64,000 bases of DNA, taken from NCBI GenBank assembly GCA_950097015.1, contig CATNEN010000026.1, positions 1,674,001-1,738,000 of the forward strand. The letters are read 5' to 3'. Position numbers and translations under genes: made by a program. How positions within the stretch are numbered: the first letter of the stretch is position 1; each line of letters opens with the position of its first letter. Shown one piece after another: positions 11,501-22,616 of the stretch. The notes under the pieces were generated by a model. The model ran no database searches and was not told the DNA's origin. It saw only the letters and a program-made list of their open reading frames with translations. This DNA comes from Macrostomum hystrix. Taxonomy: Eukaryota; Animalia; Platyhelminthes.

Positions 11501-14500
11501 CACAACAGCGTTAATTGGTCACGCCAGTCGTCAGGGCAGTGCTAATCTTTACTGATTAGGCTTCGAGGCTGGGGAAGGGGGCAAGGAGGTTGGGACACAG
11601 GCGTAATTAAAACTATTATAGGCATCATCTTTGTTTAGTCGGTGCTAAGTCAGGGTTAAATTAAGCACCTTTAACTGCCGCTTTGCTGCACATTACTAGC
11701 TCGTAAGATTATTAAACTCGAGTTTCATATGATATCCAATCACTATTTAACAAATAACTGAAGTTCCTCGAAAGTTTATATCAAGTTTCGGCACAGCTTC
11801 TGTTCGATTTGCCTTTTTGTGTGAGGAAACCCTATACTATTCATGAACGACGAGCGACTAGCTAAACTACAAACTTGTATATTCCTGTCTCCACGCCCTT
11901 TGCCCTTTCTTAGTCAGTCTATTTATTATACTTGGATAAAATATTTCGCACCTCAGCAATCTCATGTTTCTCAATAATATCATGCTTCTCAAGCATCTCA
12001 TGCTTCTCAAACATCCTACACTCCTCAACCATCTCATGCTTCTCAAACATCCTACACTCCTCAACCATCTCATGCTTCTCAAACATCCTACACTCCTCAA
12101 CCATCTCATGCTTCTCAAACATCCTACACTCCTCAACCATCTCATGCTTCTCAAACATCCTACACTCCTCAACCATCTCATGCTTCTCAAACATCCTACA
12201 CTCCTCAACCATCTCATGCTTCTCAAGCATCTCATGCTTCTCAAATATCCTACACTCCTCAAACATCTCATGCTTCTCAAGCATCTCACACTCCTCAAGC
12301 ATCTCACACTCCTCAACCATCTCATGCTTCTAAAGCATCTCACACTCCTCAAGCATCTCACACTCCTCAACCATCTCACACTCCTCAAGCATCTCACACT
12401 CCACAACCATCTCGCACTCCTCAACCATCTCATGCTTCTAAAGCATCTCACACTCCTCAAGCATCTCACACTCCTCAACCATCTCGCACTCCTCAACCAT
12501 CTCATGCTTCTCAAGCATCTCACACTCCTCAAGCATCTCACACTCCTCAACCATCTCGCACTCCTCAACCATCTCATGCTTCTAAAGCATCTCACACTCC
12601 TCAAGCATCTCACACTCCTCAACCATCTCGCACTCCTCAACCATCTCATGCTTCTAAAGCATCTCACACTCCTCAAGCATCTCACACTCCTCAACCATCT
12701 CGCACTCCTCAACCATCTCATGCTTCTAAAGCATCTCACACTCCTCAAGCATCTCACACTCCTCAACCATCTCGCACTCCTCAACCATCTCATGCTTCTA
12801 AAGCATCTCACACTCCTCAAGCATCTCACACTCCTCAACCATCTCGCACTCCTCAACCATCTCATGCTTCTAAAGCATCTCACACTCCTCAAGCATCTCA
12901 CACTCCTCAACCATCTCGCACTCCTCAACCATCTCATGCTTCTAAAGCATCTCACACTCCTCAAGCATCTCACACTCCTCAACCATCTCGCACTCCTCAA
13001 CCATCTCATGCTTCTAAAGCATCTCACACTCCTCAAGCATCTCACACTCCTCAACCATCTCGCACTCCTCAACCATCTCATGCTTCTAAAGCATCTCACA
13101 CTCCTCAAGCATCTCACACTCCTCAACCATCTCGCACTCCTCAACCATCTCATGCTTCTAAAGCATCTCACACTCCTCAAGCATCTCACACTCCTCAACC
13201 ATCTCGCACTCCTCAACCATCTCATGCTTCTAAAGCATCTCACACTCCTCAAGCATCTCACACTCCTCAACCATCTCGCACTCCTCAACCATCTCATGCT
13301 TCTAAAGCATCTCACACTCCTCAAGCATCTCACACTCCTCAACCATCTCGCACTCCTCAACCATCTCATGCTTCTAAAGCATCTCACACTCCTCAAGCAT
13401 CTCACACTCCTCAACCATCTCGCACTCCTCAACCATCTCATGCTTCTAAAGCATCTCACACTCCTCAAGCATCTCACACTCCTCAACCATCTCGCACTCC
13501 TCAACCATCTCGCACTCCTCAACCATCTCGCACTCCTCAACCATCTCGCACTCCTCAACCATCTCGCACTTCTCAACCATCTCGCACTCCTCAACCATCT
13601 CGCACTCCTCAACCATCTCGCACTCCTCAACCATCTCACACTTTCGAACCATCTCCGATTTCTCAAAGTTATCGTATTTATTTCTCCCTATCAAGATAAT
13701 TTAGTCTTCCAGGTTAACATTTTGCTGCTACAGTTTGTATACAAAGTATTATATATAGTTTCTTTCTGGCTAATATTTCAGTCGATGTACTTTTTACAGA
13801 CGAAATCTTATCTAGAAGAAAATTGCCCCAAAAAATCCTAGACCCGAGTGCGCTGAGCTCATCTCAATGCTCAATGTGCTCAGAATCGCGGGCAGAGTTT
13901 GTCATCTTCTCATTACCGTCTTTTCTTCTTTGATTAGCTTTTCCCCTGCTTCATTTTTGATAGGGCCGTATCCTCATTACCATATTTTTCTGCGTACCGG
14001 GTTGCACAATTTGTTACAATGCTATGGATGGAAACTTGGGAGCTATATACGCACAGGGAATTTTGTTTACTTTCTAGTTTAAGCTTCCAGGAAATCCCAT
14101 CTGGGTCCAATCATTTTCTGTGTTTTTCGACTGTTACTAGTGCACTTATATCTTATTTGGTGTACTTTTAGCCTACACCGCCTACCTTCTCAGGCTCACC
14201 TGTTGTACCTGGCTCCGAATGGCGTCTTAGTTGACTGCGACGATCTAGCCGCGGTGGCCAATGGTGGCAATGGGCCGGAGAATGAGCTGGCCAATTCTGT
14301 GCCACAGATACGGGACTACATCGATAGTAAACGGCTGCATGCCAGGATTATGGTGAGTCAGAGTCTGTACTCTTAAAGCCAATCTCTGCAAATCTGTTGT
14401 TAAGCGATCAGATGGTGATAACTTTTTCAATAGTAACAAGTGTTAATAGTCAAGAGGTGTCACCTCAATCAGGTACTAGTTACGATATTTTTTTACGAGT

Positions 14501-17500
14501 AATAGTTACTCGTATTTGCGTCAGGTTTTTTCATCTTCGTTTTCAGCTATCATTGTTTTAAATCTGCTTTCATAAGCGAACGCAAAATATAAAATAACAT
14601 GTTAGCCATCATTTCAAAGTTCTAAAAATAATAATATTTGCAGGAGGGCTGCGGTCGATGACATCCTTTGGTGACACTAGACCTGCAGTCAGCGAGTAGG
14701 CAATTCTGCTCATTCTGGTGTCTCTTGAGCACATACTCACACAGATACCGTACGCAGGCACACACACACAGGTGTGTACATCTGCCGTGACCGTCTCATC
14801 GTCAGGCAGTGTTCGCTTTCACAGTGCCTTGGAGACTGGCCCTCAATGGCGTATATTGCACGACAAGCCCCAGGTGAATGTGGCCTTGCCGCGGAATTGA
14901 GCTCAGGTACAAAAGCATAAACCAGTCTGAGAGAAATTCAGAGCAGACGTAGAGTCACTATTGCTTGTCCCTTGAGTGCGTGTGTGCTCAGGAGTCAGCG
15001 GAATGGGCAGAATTGCCTCCTCGCTGGCTGCGAGTCTAGTGTCACCAAATGATGTGCCATTGCCAACAGCCCTCCTGCAATTATTATTATTATTATTGTC
15101 ATTATTATGTTTCCTGAAAAGCTGTCATCCCATTAGTTAATTTAATTAATAATTGATTACACCTGCCCCAATTGGGTCAGATGTGCAGCCTGACAGCACA
15201 GCTGCAGCTAATGCGCGGCGCATCTGAAGGCTGCGTACAGCTGTTCAGTCCACGGACTGGGAGGGACGCCACACCCACATTCAATTATCCCAGCTGATCC
15301 TGGTACCCATTTAACAGCTGGGTGAACTGAAGCAATGCAGAGTTAAGTGTCTTGCTAAATGACACAAATTGTTCCAGTGGAGTCAGGAATCGAACCCCCG
15401 ACCTTCAAGTCGTTAGTCCGACGCCCTAACCACTTGGCTACAATCCCATTAGATTGTATCTAAGTAAGCAGTCCTTATTTTGCTACTCATCATGCTTCTT
15501 TAGAAAAGAAGTTTCGAAAAGGAAAACTTGTCTACATTGACTGTTCGATTTTTTTTTCTAATGATCGTTTCCTAGCTTGTACTTTAGACGCAGCTCAAGG
15601 TGGAACTCAGGAGAGGCTTGAGTGAAGTGCAAGCTGGGAGTGGCAGGTTGAGTCCACGAGGCTCATAGAGGAATAAGAAAGATTGCATACTGTGAGACAC
15701 AATTATTCAAGCATTGTCGCAGCATATTCAAGCATATTCAAGCATACACTAACGAGTCTAGAATGCTACTGGTGCTTGGGTGTGGTCAAAGGCTACACAA
15801 TGCGCCTCTCTTGCTTCTTAGTTAGTAAAAAAATGAATGGTTAGTCTGCTCTACTAGCAGTTTTCGTTGTAAGCCGTTAACTATCATAAGCGACCAGAGA
15901 GAGGAAAGGCGAATAAAAAGAATGACTAGCTTCTGTCGCATTCTAGTTTTCCTGTTATATCGGGAGCGAGCTTCTATTGGTGGTCGTGCAGTTGTCGCGC
16001 CATCCAAAACTCCTGCGGCCACTATTTTGCACTATAGTACAGCACTACTAATATAGTTTCATTGTGCGAAAAAACCTATTCTAGAAAATAAGCCACTTTT
16101 AAAGATGAGTGCGGAATGAGCAATGTGTTATGATGACAGCGTCCACTTTGCGACCACTTGTCCTACATTCTCAGCCACCTGAATCGCTGACCTCAGCTCT
16201 AGCCTGTGCACTTCAACAGGCGAAAGTCTACTGGGTGTTTCAAATAATCAGATTTATTCTATATCTCCCGAAATTTTCCTCTAATCACTTGAATTTTCCG
16301 CTCCATCCGATGAAACAATTTTAACAACTTTCCACGGGCTGTTAACGCGTTTGCCTCTTGCACCAAGGTCCCTAAGTTCGATTCCGCGGCCGAGGCCACA
16401 TTCATTTGGGGCGCAGCCGCGGAGAGAAGGCTTGGAGGCTTGTCGTGCAATTTACGCCCCTGAGGGCCAACCTCCAAGGCACAGTGAGAGTGTACACTGC
16501 CTGACGATGAGAAAGTCAGGGTAGATGTACACACCTGTGTTAGGTATGCCTGCGTACAGTATCTGTGTGCGTGTGTCCTCAGGAGTCAGCGGAATGGGCA
16601 GGAATTGCCTCCTCGCAGGCTGCGAGTCTAGTGTCACCAAATGATGTGCCATTGTCCTCAGCCCTTCTGTAATTATATTATTATTATTATTATTAACTGC
16701 AAACTATTCATCCACACAGAGCTCTCGCCATCGCGGACCCAGTCCACTGGCTCGTAGCGTACTCGGCGTATTGACGCCGTCGACGCCGCAGTCGAACGCG
16801 GCCGACTCCGTCAGCTCCGACGAAGCTGGTCAGCAGGAAGCCGGCCCGGCGCCAGCTGACAGAGCCGTGGCTCAGTGCCTGGCTCGAATCGGCTCCGCGC
16901 TGGCCCTGCTGAGTGTGCGCCTGCTTCCGCTGGTCCCGCCGGAGGACACTGCCGCTGTAGGCGCTGCCAACCTTGACCGGCTTTTCAGCGCCAACTGTCT
17001 GTTCAGAGCGGAGGGGGCGGCGGCGGTAGCGGTGGATTCCTTCGCCAGGTGTCGACACAGAGCGGTGAGCTGGTATCCAACGACGCTGTCAACGATTTCG
17101 GCGGCAATAGTTCGCCAACGAGAACGTCGTCGGTTGCGTCGGACAGCGCGTTGGTTTTCCCCCCAATGTCCACTCCGCGTTCAGCTTTCGGCTTTGTGAA
17201 TTTCGGCGGCGGCTCCGTTGATGCCGACAGTTTCTGCTTGCTGGCCTGCGGAGGCTACAATCGCGGCCAGTGCCTGAGCAGCGCCGAGATTCTGCGGCCC
17301 GGGTTCGGCGGCTGGACGCCGGCCCCGCCCTTGCTGACAGCTCGGAGTCGCTGCTCAGCTGCCGTGCTCAATGGCGACCGAGTCTATCTGTGCGGAGGCT
17401 CCAACGGCGCTAGCGAGCTTTCTACGGTGAGGCTTTTGGCTTCAGTACTAGCTTTACTTATGGCCTCATCTTAAGTGTACTAGTTGGTGAGCTAGTGTAC

Positions 17501-19773
17501 TAGTGGTGAGCTAGTGTACTAGTTGGTGAGCTAGTGTACTAGTTGGTGAGCTAGTGTACTAATTGGTGAGCTAGTTGATGAGCTAGTGTACTAGTTGATG
17601 AGTTAGTGTACTAGTTAATGAGCTAGTGTACTAGTTGATGAGCTAGTGTACTAATTGGTGAGCTAGTTGATGAGCTAGTGTACTAGTTGATGAGCTAGTG
17701 TACTAATTGGTGAGCTAGTTGATGAGCTAGTGTACTAGTTGATGAGCTAGTGTACTAGTTGAAGAGCTAGTGTACTAATTGGTGAGCTAGTTGATGAGTT
17801 AGTGTACTAGTTGATGAGCTAGTTGATGAGCTAGTGTACTAGTTGATGAGCTAGTTGATGAGCTAGTGTACTAGTTGGTGAGCTAGTGTACTAGTTGGTG
17901 AGCTAGTGTACTAGTTGGTGAGCTAGTGTACTAATTGGTGAGCTAGTGTACTAGTTAATGAGCTAGTGTACTAGTTGATGAGCTAGTGTACAAGTTGATG
18001 AGCTAGTGTACTAGTTGATGAGCTAGTGTACTAGTTGATGAGCTAGTGTACTAATTGGTGAGCTAGTGTACTAGTTGGTGAGCTAGTGTACTAATTGGTG
18101 AGCTAGTTGATGAGCTAGTGTACTAATTGGTGAGCTAGTGTACTAGTTGGTGAGCTAGTGTACTAATTGGTGAGCTAGTGTACTAGTTGATGAGCTAGTG
18201 TACTAGTTGATGAGCTAGTGTACTAATTGGTGAGCTAGTGTACTAGTTGATGAGCTAGTGTACTAATTGGTGAGCTAGTTAATGAGGTAGTGTACTAGTT
18301 GATGAGTTAGTGTACTAGTGTTTGTTTAGTACAATAAGAGATTCTTCCCACCTCTACAAAATTGCGAATACCTGTTTTTATTTTACCTTCATACGTATTT
18401 AATAGCAGCTACTTTGTGACATCCATTCGATCAAGAATTCATGTTTACTGTTTTCTATGTTTTATTAAAAGTAACGGTTTTATAGTTGCGTTGTCGAAAT
18501 TTTCTCGCTGGCTCAAGACTTCAACTTATTTTCTTTAACACTGGCTGATTTATGAAGGTCCGCTTTGATTATATTAAAAATAGGTTTGCATTATCTTTTT
18601 CGCGTATTCTCTCATCTGTCCTTTACTGTCAATTTGTGCTGCCCCCCCAATGCTAAGTGATTCTTCTTCAACCTGCAGGCCATCAATAATTGACAGCTGC
18701 TTAGGTAGGTTTTTTAATCGCGTATATTACTGTTATTTTGATTCGTAGCGTTTGTTCAATTTAAATAATTTGATCAATGCCTGCTAAAAACTGGATATGC
18801 ATGTTATTCTGAATTGTTCTTAATATAATATTAGTTTAATAATATATACTGATATTTTTGCTCTGTTTATTACTGCCAGTAGTGTACATGCATTTAGTCT
18901 TTGTACTCAAATTCGTATTAAGCTTCAAAGCATGAATTGTAATTATTGCGATTACATTTAATTTAAAATTTTTATCTTGCCTTCTTTGATACACTGCCTT
19001 CCAAAGCAGAATTGTGTGTGTGTGTGGGGGGTGGGTGTCTTGCTGTTCCCAGTTTTTTATTTGCCGATGCTTATTAAACAAATCCGCAGGTGGAAGTTTT
19101 CGATGGTCACCAGTGGCTGCCCGGCCCGCCAATGCAGCTAGCCAGATCCGGTTGCTGCTCCGTTGCCATGGACGGCTTAGTCTACTGCCTGGGCGGCCGG
19201 AACGGCGCCGACTCGCTGCGCCAGGCCGAGATGCTGGATCCGCGCCTCGGTCGCTGGCAGCCGCTGCCACCCATGCTGGCCTGGCGAAACGAGTGCACCG
19301 GCGCCGCCTACGCCGAACGGCTGTGGGCAGCCGGCGGAGCCGACAAGTGGGGCGGCCAGTGCCTCGCCAGCGTGGAGGCCTTTGATCCGCGGGCAGCGCG
19401 CTGGATTCCCGCCGCGCGCCAGCTCGGCCACGCCAGGCGGGGCGCCGCCATGGCTGAACTGGCTGGCAGACTCTGGCTAGTCGGCGGCTCCGACGGTCAG
19501 CGGCCAGCTCTGGCCGCCTGCGAGCCGTTGCCAGCGACGCCAATCATGATTGACAACGACGACGACTGCGGCTACGGACTGGGCGCTGCGGAGTCCGGCG
19601 TCGAGGCGACGACGCCGACGCTGCAGTTGGCTTCGCCTAGAGCCAATCTGGGACTGGCCGCGCTGCCGCCACTGACCAGCTTCGGGACGGCAGCCGCGTC
19701 GCCCTGCCTACTGGCTGTTGGTGGCTTCTCCGGCAAGGTGTTCCTAGATTGCTGCGAACTGTTGCACCTGTGA
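8553..19773 (+). CDS. IVNS1ABP: BTB-BACK-Kelch protein, most similar to influenza NS1A-binding protein (KLHL family); one apparent frameshift near 16977
   Basis: Exons 8553-8717, 9918-10215 (BTB: FMTHRCILGAASPHF...LEFCYTGRL), 10494-~10603/10623, ~10719-10961, 14194-14352 (HLLYLAPNGVL resembles NS1-BP QTLYYSADHKL), 16720-17426 (CLARIG..LALL, PMSTPRS..GGYNRGQCL) and 19090-19773 (Kelch repeats with GG motifs, TGA). The orthology call rests on recalled motif similarity. Confidence 0.82.
10228..10445. repeat. Tandem repeat, 44-bp unit, ~5 copies, filling an intron
   Basis: catcaggttcctagactgtgccatcagcctctgtcactcacaca; period 44 (10228, 10272). Confidence 0.95.
11098..11310 (+). mobile_element. 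tRNA-derived SINE family B (CORE-like)
   Basis: A-box tagtggttagagc and B-box ggttcgattcc, then gcaagatacttaactctgcattgcttcagttcacgcagctgttaattgggtacc. Confidence 0.85.
11960..13660. repeat. 18-bp minisatellite with 36-bp and 72-bp higher-order repeats
   Basis: Monomers catctcatgcttctaaag, catctcacactcctcaag, catctcacactcctcaac and catctcgcactcctcaac, arranged as dimer, then tetramer, then monomer zones. Confidence 0.95.
14630..14910 (-). mobile_element. SINE family A copy (inverted relative to 14965-15107)
   Basis: Reverse complement of the family body; tail at left (aataataat). Confidence 0.85.
14965..15107 (+). mobile_element. SINE family A, 3' part with (ATT)n tail
   Basis: gtgtgtgctcaggagtcagcggaatgggcagaattgcc...gccctcctgcaattattattatt. 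Confidence 0.85.
15140..15445 (-). mobile_element. SINE family B (CORE-like), full length
   Basis: Minus strand reads tagccaagtggttagggcg, ggttcgattcc, agcaagacacttaactctgcattgcttcagttcacccagctgttaaatgggtacc, and ends ggggcaggtgtaatcaattatt. Confidence 0.88.
16335..16695 (+). mobile_element. SINE family A, full length
   Basis: tRNA-like head (gttaacgcgtttgcctc...agttcgattcc), central hairpin and (ATT)n tail. Confidence 0.88.
17475..18320. repeat. 20-bp minisatellite (tagtgtactagttggtgagc) with 11-bp short variants
   Basis: About 40 tandem units starting ~50 bp after the donor at 17427. Confidence 0.95.
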
Positions 19774-22616
19774 TTTTCGGGGTTGACTTCGGCTGTGTGC
19801 AGATTTATCGATGAAAAAAATACTTTTTGGTTGCGTTTTTTATAATAGGCGACGATGACGTGGTGAATCAGTTGGACGAAATCCTGTCCAAGGACTACTA
19901 AACAATGTCCTTAGAGTCCTTAAAGTCCTTAGAGTGTTTAGTTGTCCTTGATCCCGTCTGCAGTCTCCTCTCCTAGCCCAGTTGGGCCCAGGTGGTACCG
20001 TGCATCAGTTATGATGATTTAGTGCTATCTTGAGCGCCGGATTCGAACTCGTAACCCTGGAAAGTTATAAAATTTAAGAGACAGCCGAAAAAAACTCTAA
20101 AGCTTGAAGTTGGAAATTTCCAAAGCTTGCTCGGAATCAAATGGTGGCTTTAATGAGTGGCTGCAGTGATTGATGTTCTCTGACTTACAGTACATCAAAT
20201 TAACATCAATTTATTATGAAGCCAGTTTGCTCTAAGAAACTCAACCCATATGCAAACAGATCTGTAATCTCCAACACTGCACTGTAGAATAACAAAATTA
20301 CTAGAAATGCTGTTTTAAGCACAATGTAGTTAGAATCTGTTTAGGCTCTGATAATGCGGATTTTCTTATTAATCTTAACTGTTTATATTTTCAGTCCAGG
20401 ATCCTGTACTTTACTAAATTCATGTACTTGTGAATTATCGCAGTGACTCAGAGATTTCGTAACCATTTTTTCCATTTTTCTACTATGTCTCAGTGTTTTC
20501 AAATTTCGTAACGAATATTCGCTTTTTGAAATGTGATTTTTGTACTACTTATAGTAGAACACTATTTTACGATTTTTTATATCATAAAGTACATACAAAG
20601 TATTTCAAATAGTATAATCGACTTTTTTAAGAATTATCCAAAGTATGTCCCTCTCAAATTAGCTAAGGCTGCATAAGTTCTCTTTGACACATTTACAGCT
20701 TAACCACACCCCTAGATTCATATTCATACCTATTTAGTTTTCTATAGAGTTACATTGACAGTTTTATTGATGTTTTCCATGATTTACTTCATTTAGATCG
20801 CCTTCAACTTATTTTTGACTGATTTTTAACGGAAATTTCGTTTAATTACAAATGTCACACAATATTTTTTTATCTCACCTTATATCCGCCATTTTAATTC
20901 CTGTCGATTTCATTCTAGAATCTTATTTCCTTATGTTTAAGACTTGTGGTCGCCCTAAATATCTATCTGTTTGGCCCATGAGTAGTGTGCAATAACAATT
21001 CACTTTGAAGCCGACATCCTTTAATTTGCTGCGAGAACCAATTTCTCATTTTTTCGGCAATAAGAACACTTTAGTTATCTAATTCGTATATTCATCTAGA
21101 ATAGAAATATATACTCGTTTAGATGAATATTTAGATTAGATTTAGATTTAGATTTAGAAACAATAACAAGAGAGGAATTCGGCTTATTATTGAACTGGAC
21201 AATTTTACCACTTCACTTTGCTGAGGTGATTAAATTTTCTTTACCGCTTGGTTTTGAAAAAAATTTATCAGATCGATTTGTGCATTTTCCTATAATCTTT
21301 TACGCCGATTCTCGTGAATCTTTTTGGTCAGATTGTCAGCTTTAAATAGCACTTAACTTGTGTTACATGGTCTCCACCAAAACACGTTTTGTAAACCCGA
21401 AACTTTTCTAACATTGCACCTTTCTAATATGGAATTATCATGTCTGTCTCTTTTACCAGTTAATTATTCTACTTAAACGAATTCACGTTCTTATATTAGA
21501 AATTTTTAGTTCTCATAATAGAAATAAAAATTGCTTGTGAATCTATGATGTTAACGACTACTCTAAACAGCATAGATCTTTAAAGGTATTGCCTATGACT
21601 TTATGTAAAAAGCTTATTCAATTTCGTAGTAGCTTACTCTTAAAGCTTTACAAGAATTAAGCTTTACAAGAATTAAGCTTTACTCTTGTTTTCTTTTTCA
21701 GATCTACAAACATCGTTAACATCTCGTCGATATGCAAATATTGTACAGTACAAGCACATGTGAACATGTATGTTTCTACAGCGAAAACTGCAGTAGCACT
21801 ACATGCGTAGCAATTTACTACAGACAGCAACTTGCATACCTTTAGATGCTTGAAATGAATCGGATTGGAAAGAACTGGGGATATAAAAATATAAGAAAAT
21901 ATAACCTCAATAAAAAACGTAATTTTATGAATTCATTTTATTGCTTTTTTATAGCAAATTGCTTTTATATCCGCATGATGCAAAGCCTAAAACTTTATGA
22001 CAAACTTTTATAGTGCACACTTATACATACGTACGATATGGCGCTGCTAGGGTATGCCAGGGTATGCGGCTGCCGCCTTTAAAGAGCTCAAAATTATCTG
22101 ACACCGCACAGTTTTAAGCTTTCCTTTGATCCCTAAGGTATTGCCCTGCCCTGTATAACTTTCATTTGACATACTCAATAGGTGATCTCAGTAACGACAT
22201 TTTTTAGGTTACGTAGGTAAAACAATGTTTAAGAGCGACGTTTTAACTGTTTTCGATCAATAGAACTAATAGATAACCCGTATAACTTACATTTTACAGT
22301 AATTATTTTATATGGAAATTACAACACTTTAAGGTAGATATAATGAGGTTTTTAAACACTTAAGCTGCTACTATTCGACATACTAGGACGTAAATTTAGT
22401 TTTCGCTTGAATTTAATTTATTTACTTGTCCAGTGATATCTACGAACTAAACTGACTTCTAGGCCCGAGTGAGTTATAGGAGTAGTAGTTCTGTGTATAA
22501 GTTTAGTTTTTTTGTTGCCTATTCTGGTTTTTAGGTACTCGCCAAGAAGAGTATTTTCAGCTTAAACCGTCCTTAGTCCTTAGCTGCTTGTTATAAGTCG
22601 GTTTTGACTCGTTTCA

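Noticed and set aside
11867-13841. ORFs of 599 and 625 aa on opposite strands
   Set aside because: They are translations of an 18-bp intronic tandem repeat (a multiple of 3 with no stops) inside the Kelch gene, with no splice or domain support.
16490-16535. Hammerhead-ribozyme-like core (CTGACGA-tga-GAAA-GTC) in SINE family A
   Set aside because: There is no room for stem III between GAAA and GTC, no suitable NUH with a stem I hairpin upstream, and ctgac pairs with gtcag as a simple hairpin. An Infernal search with hammerhead models would settle it.
18836-19543. 235-aa minus-strand ORF
   Set aside because: Antisense shadow of the GC-rich last Kelch exon running into intron sequence.
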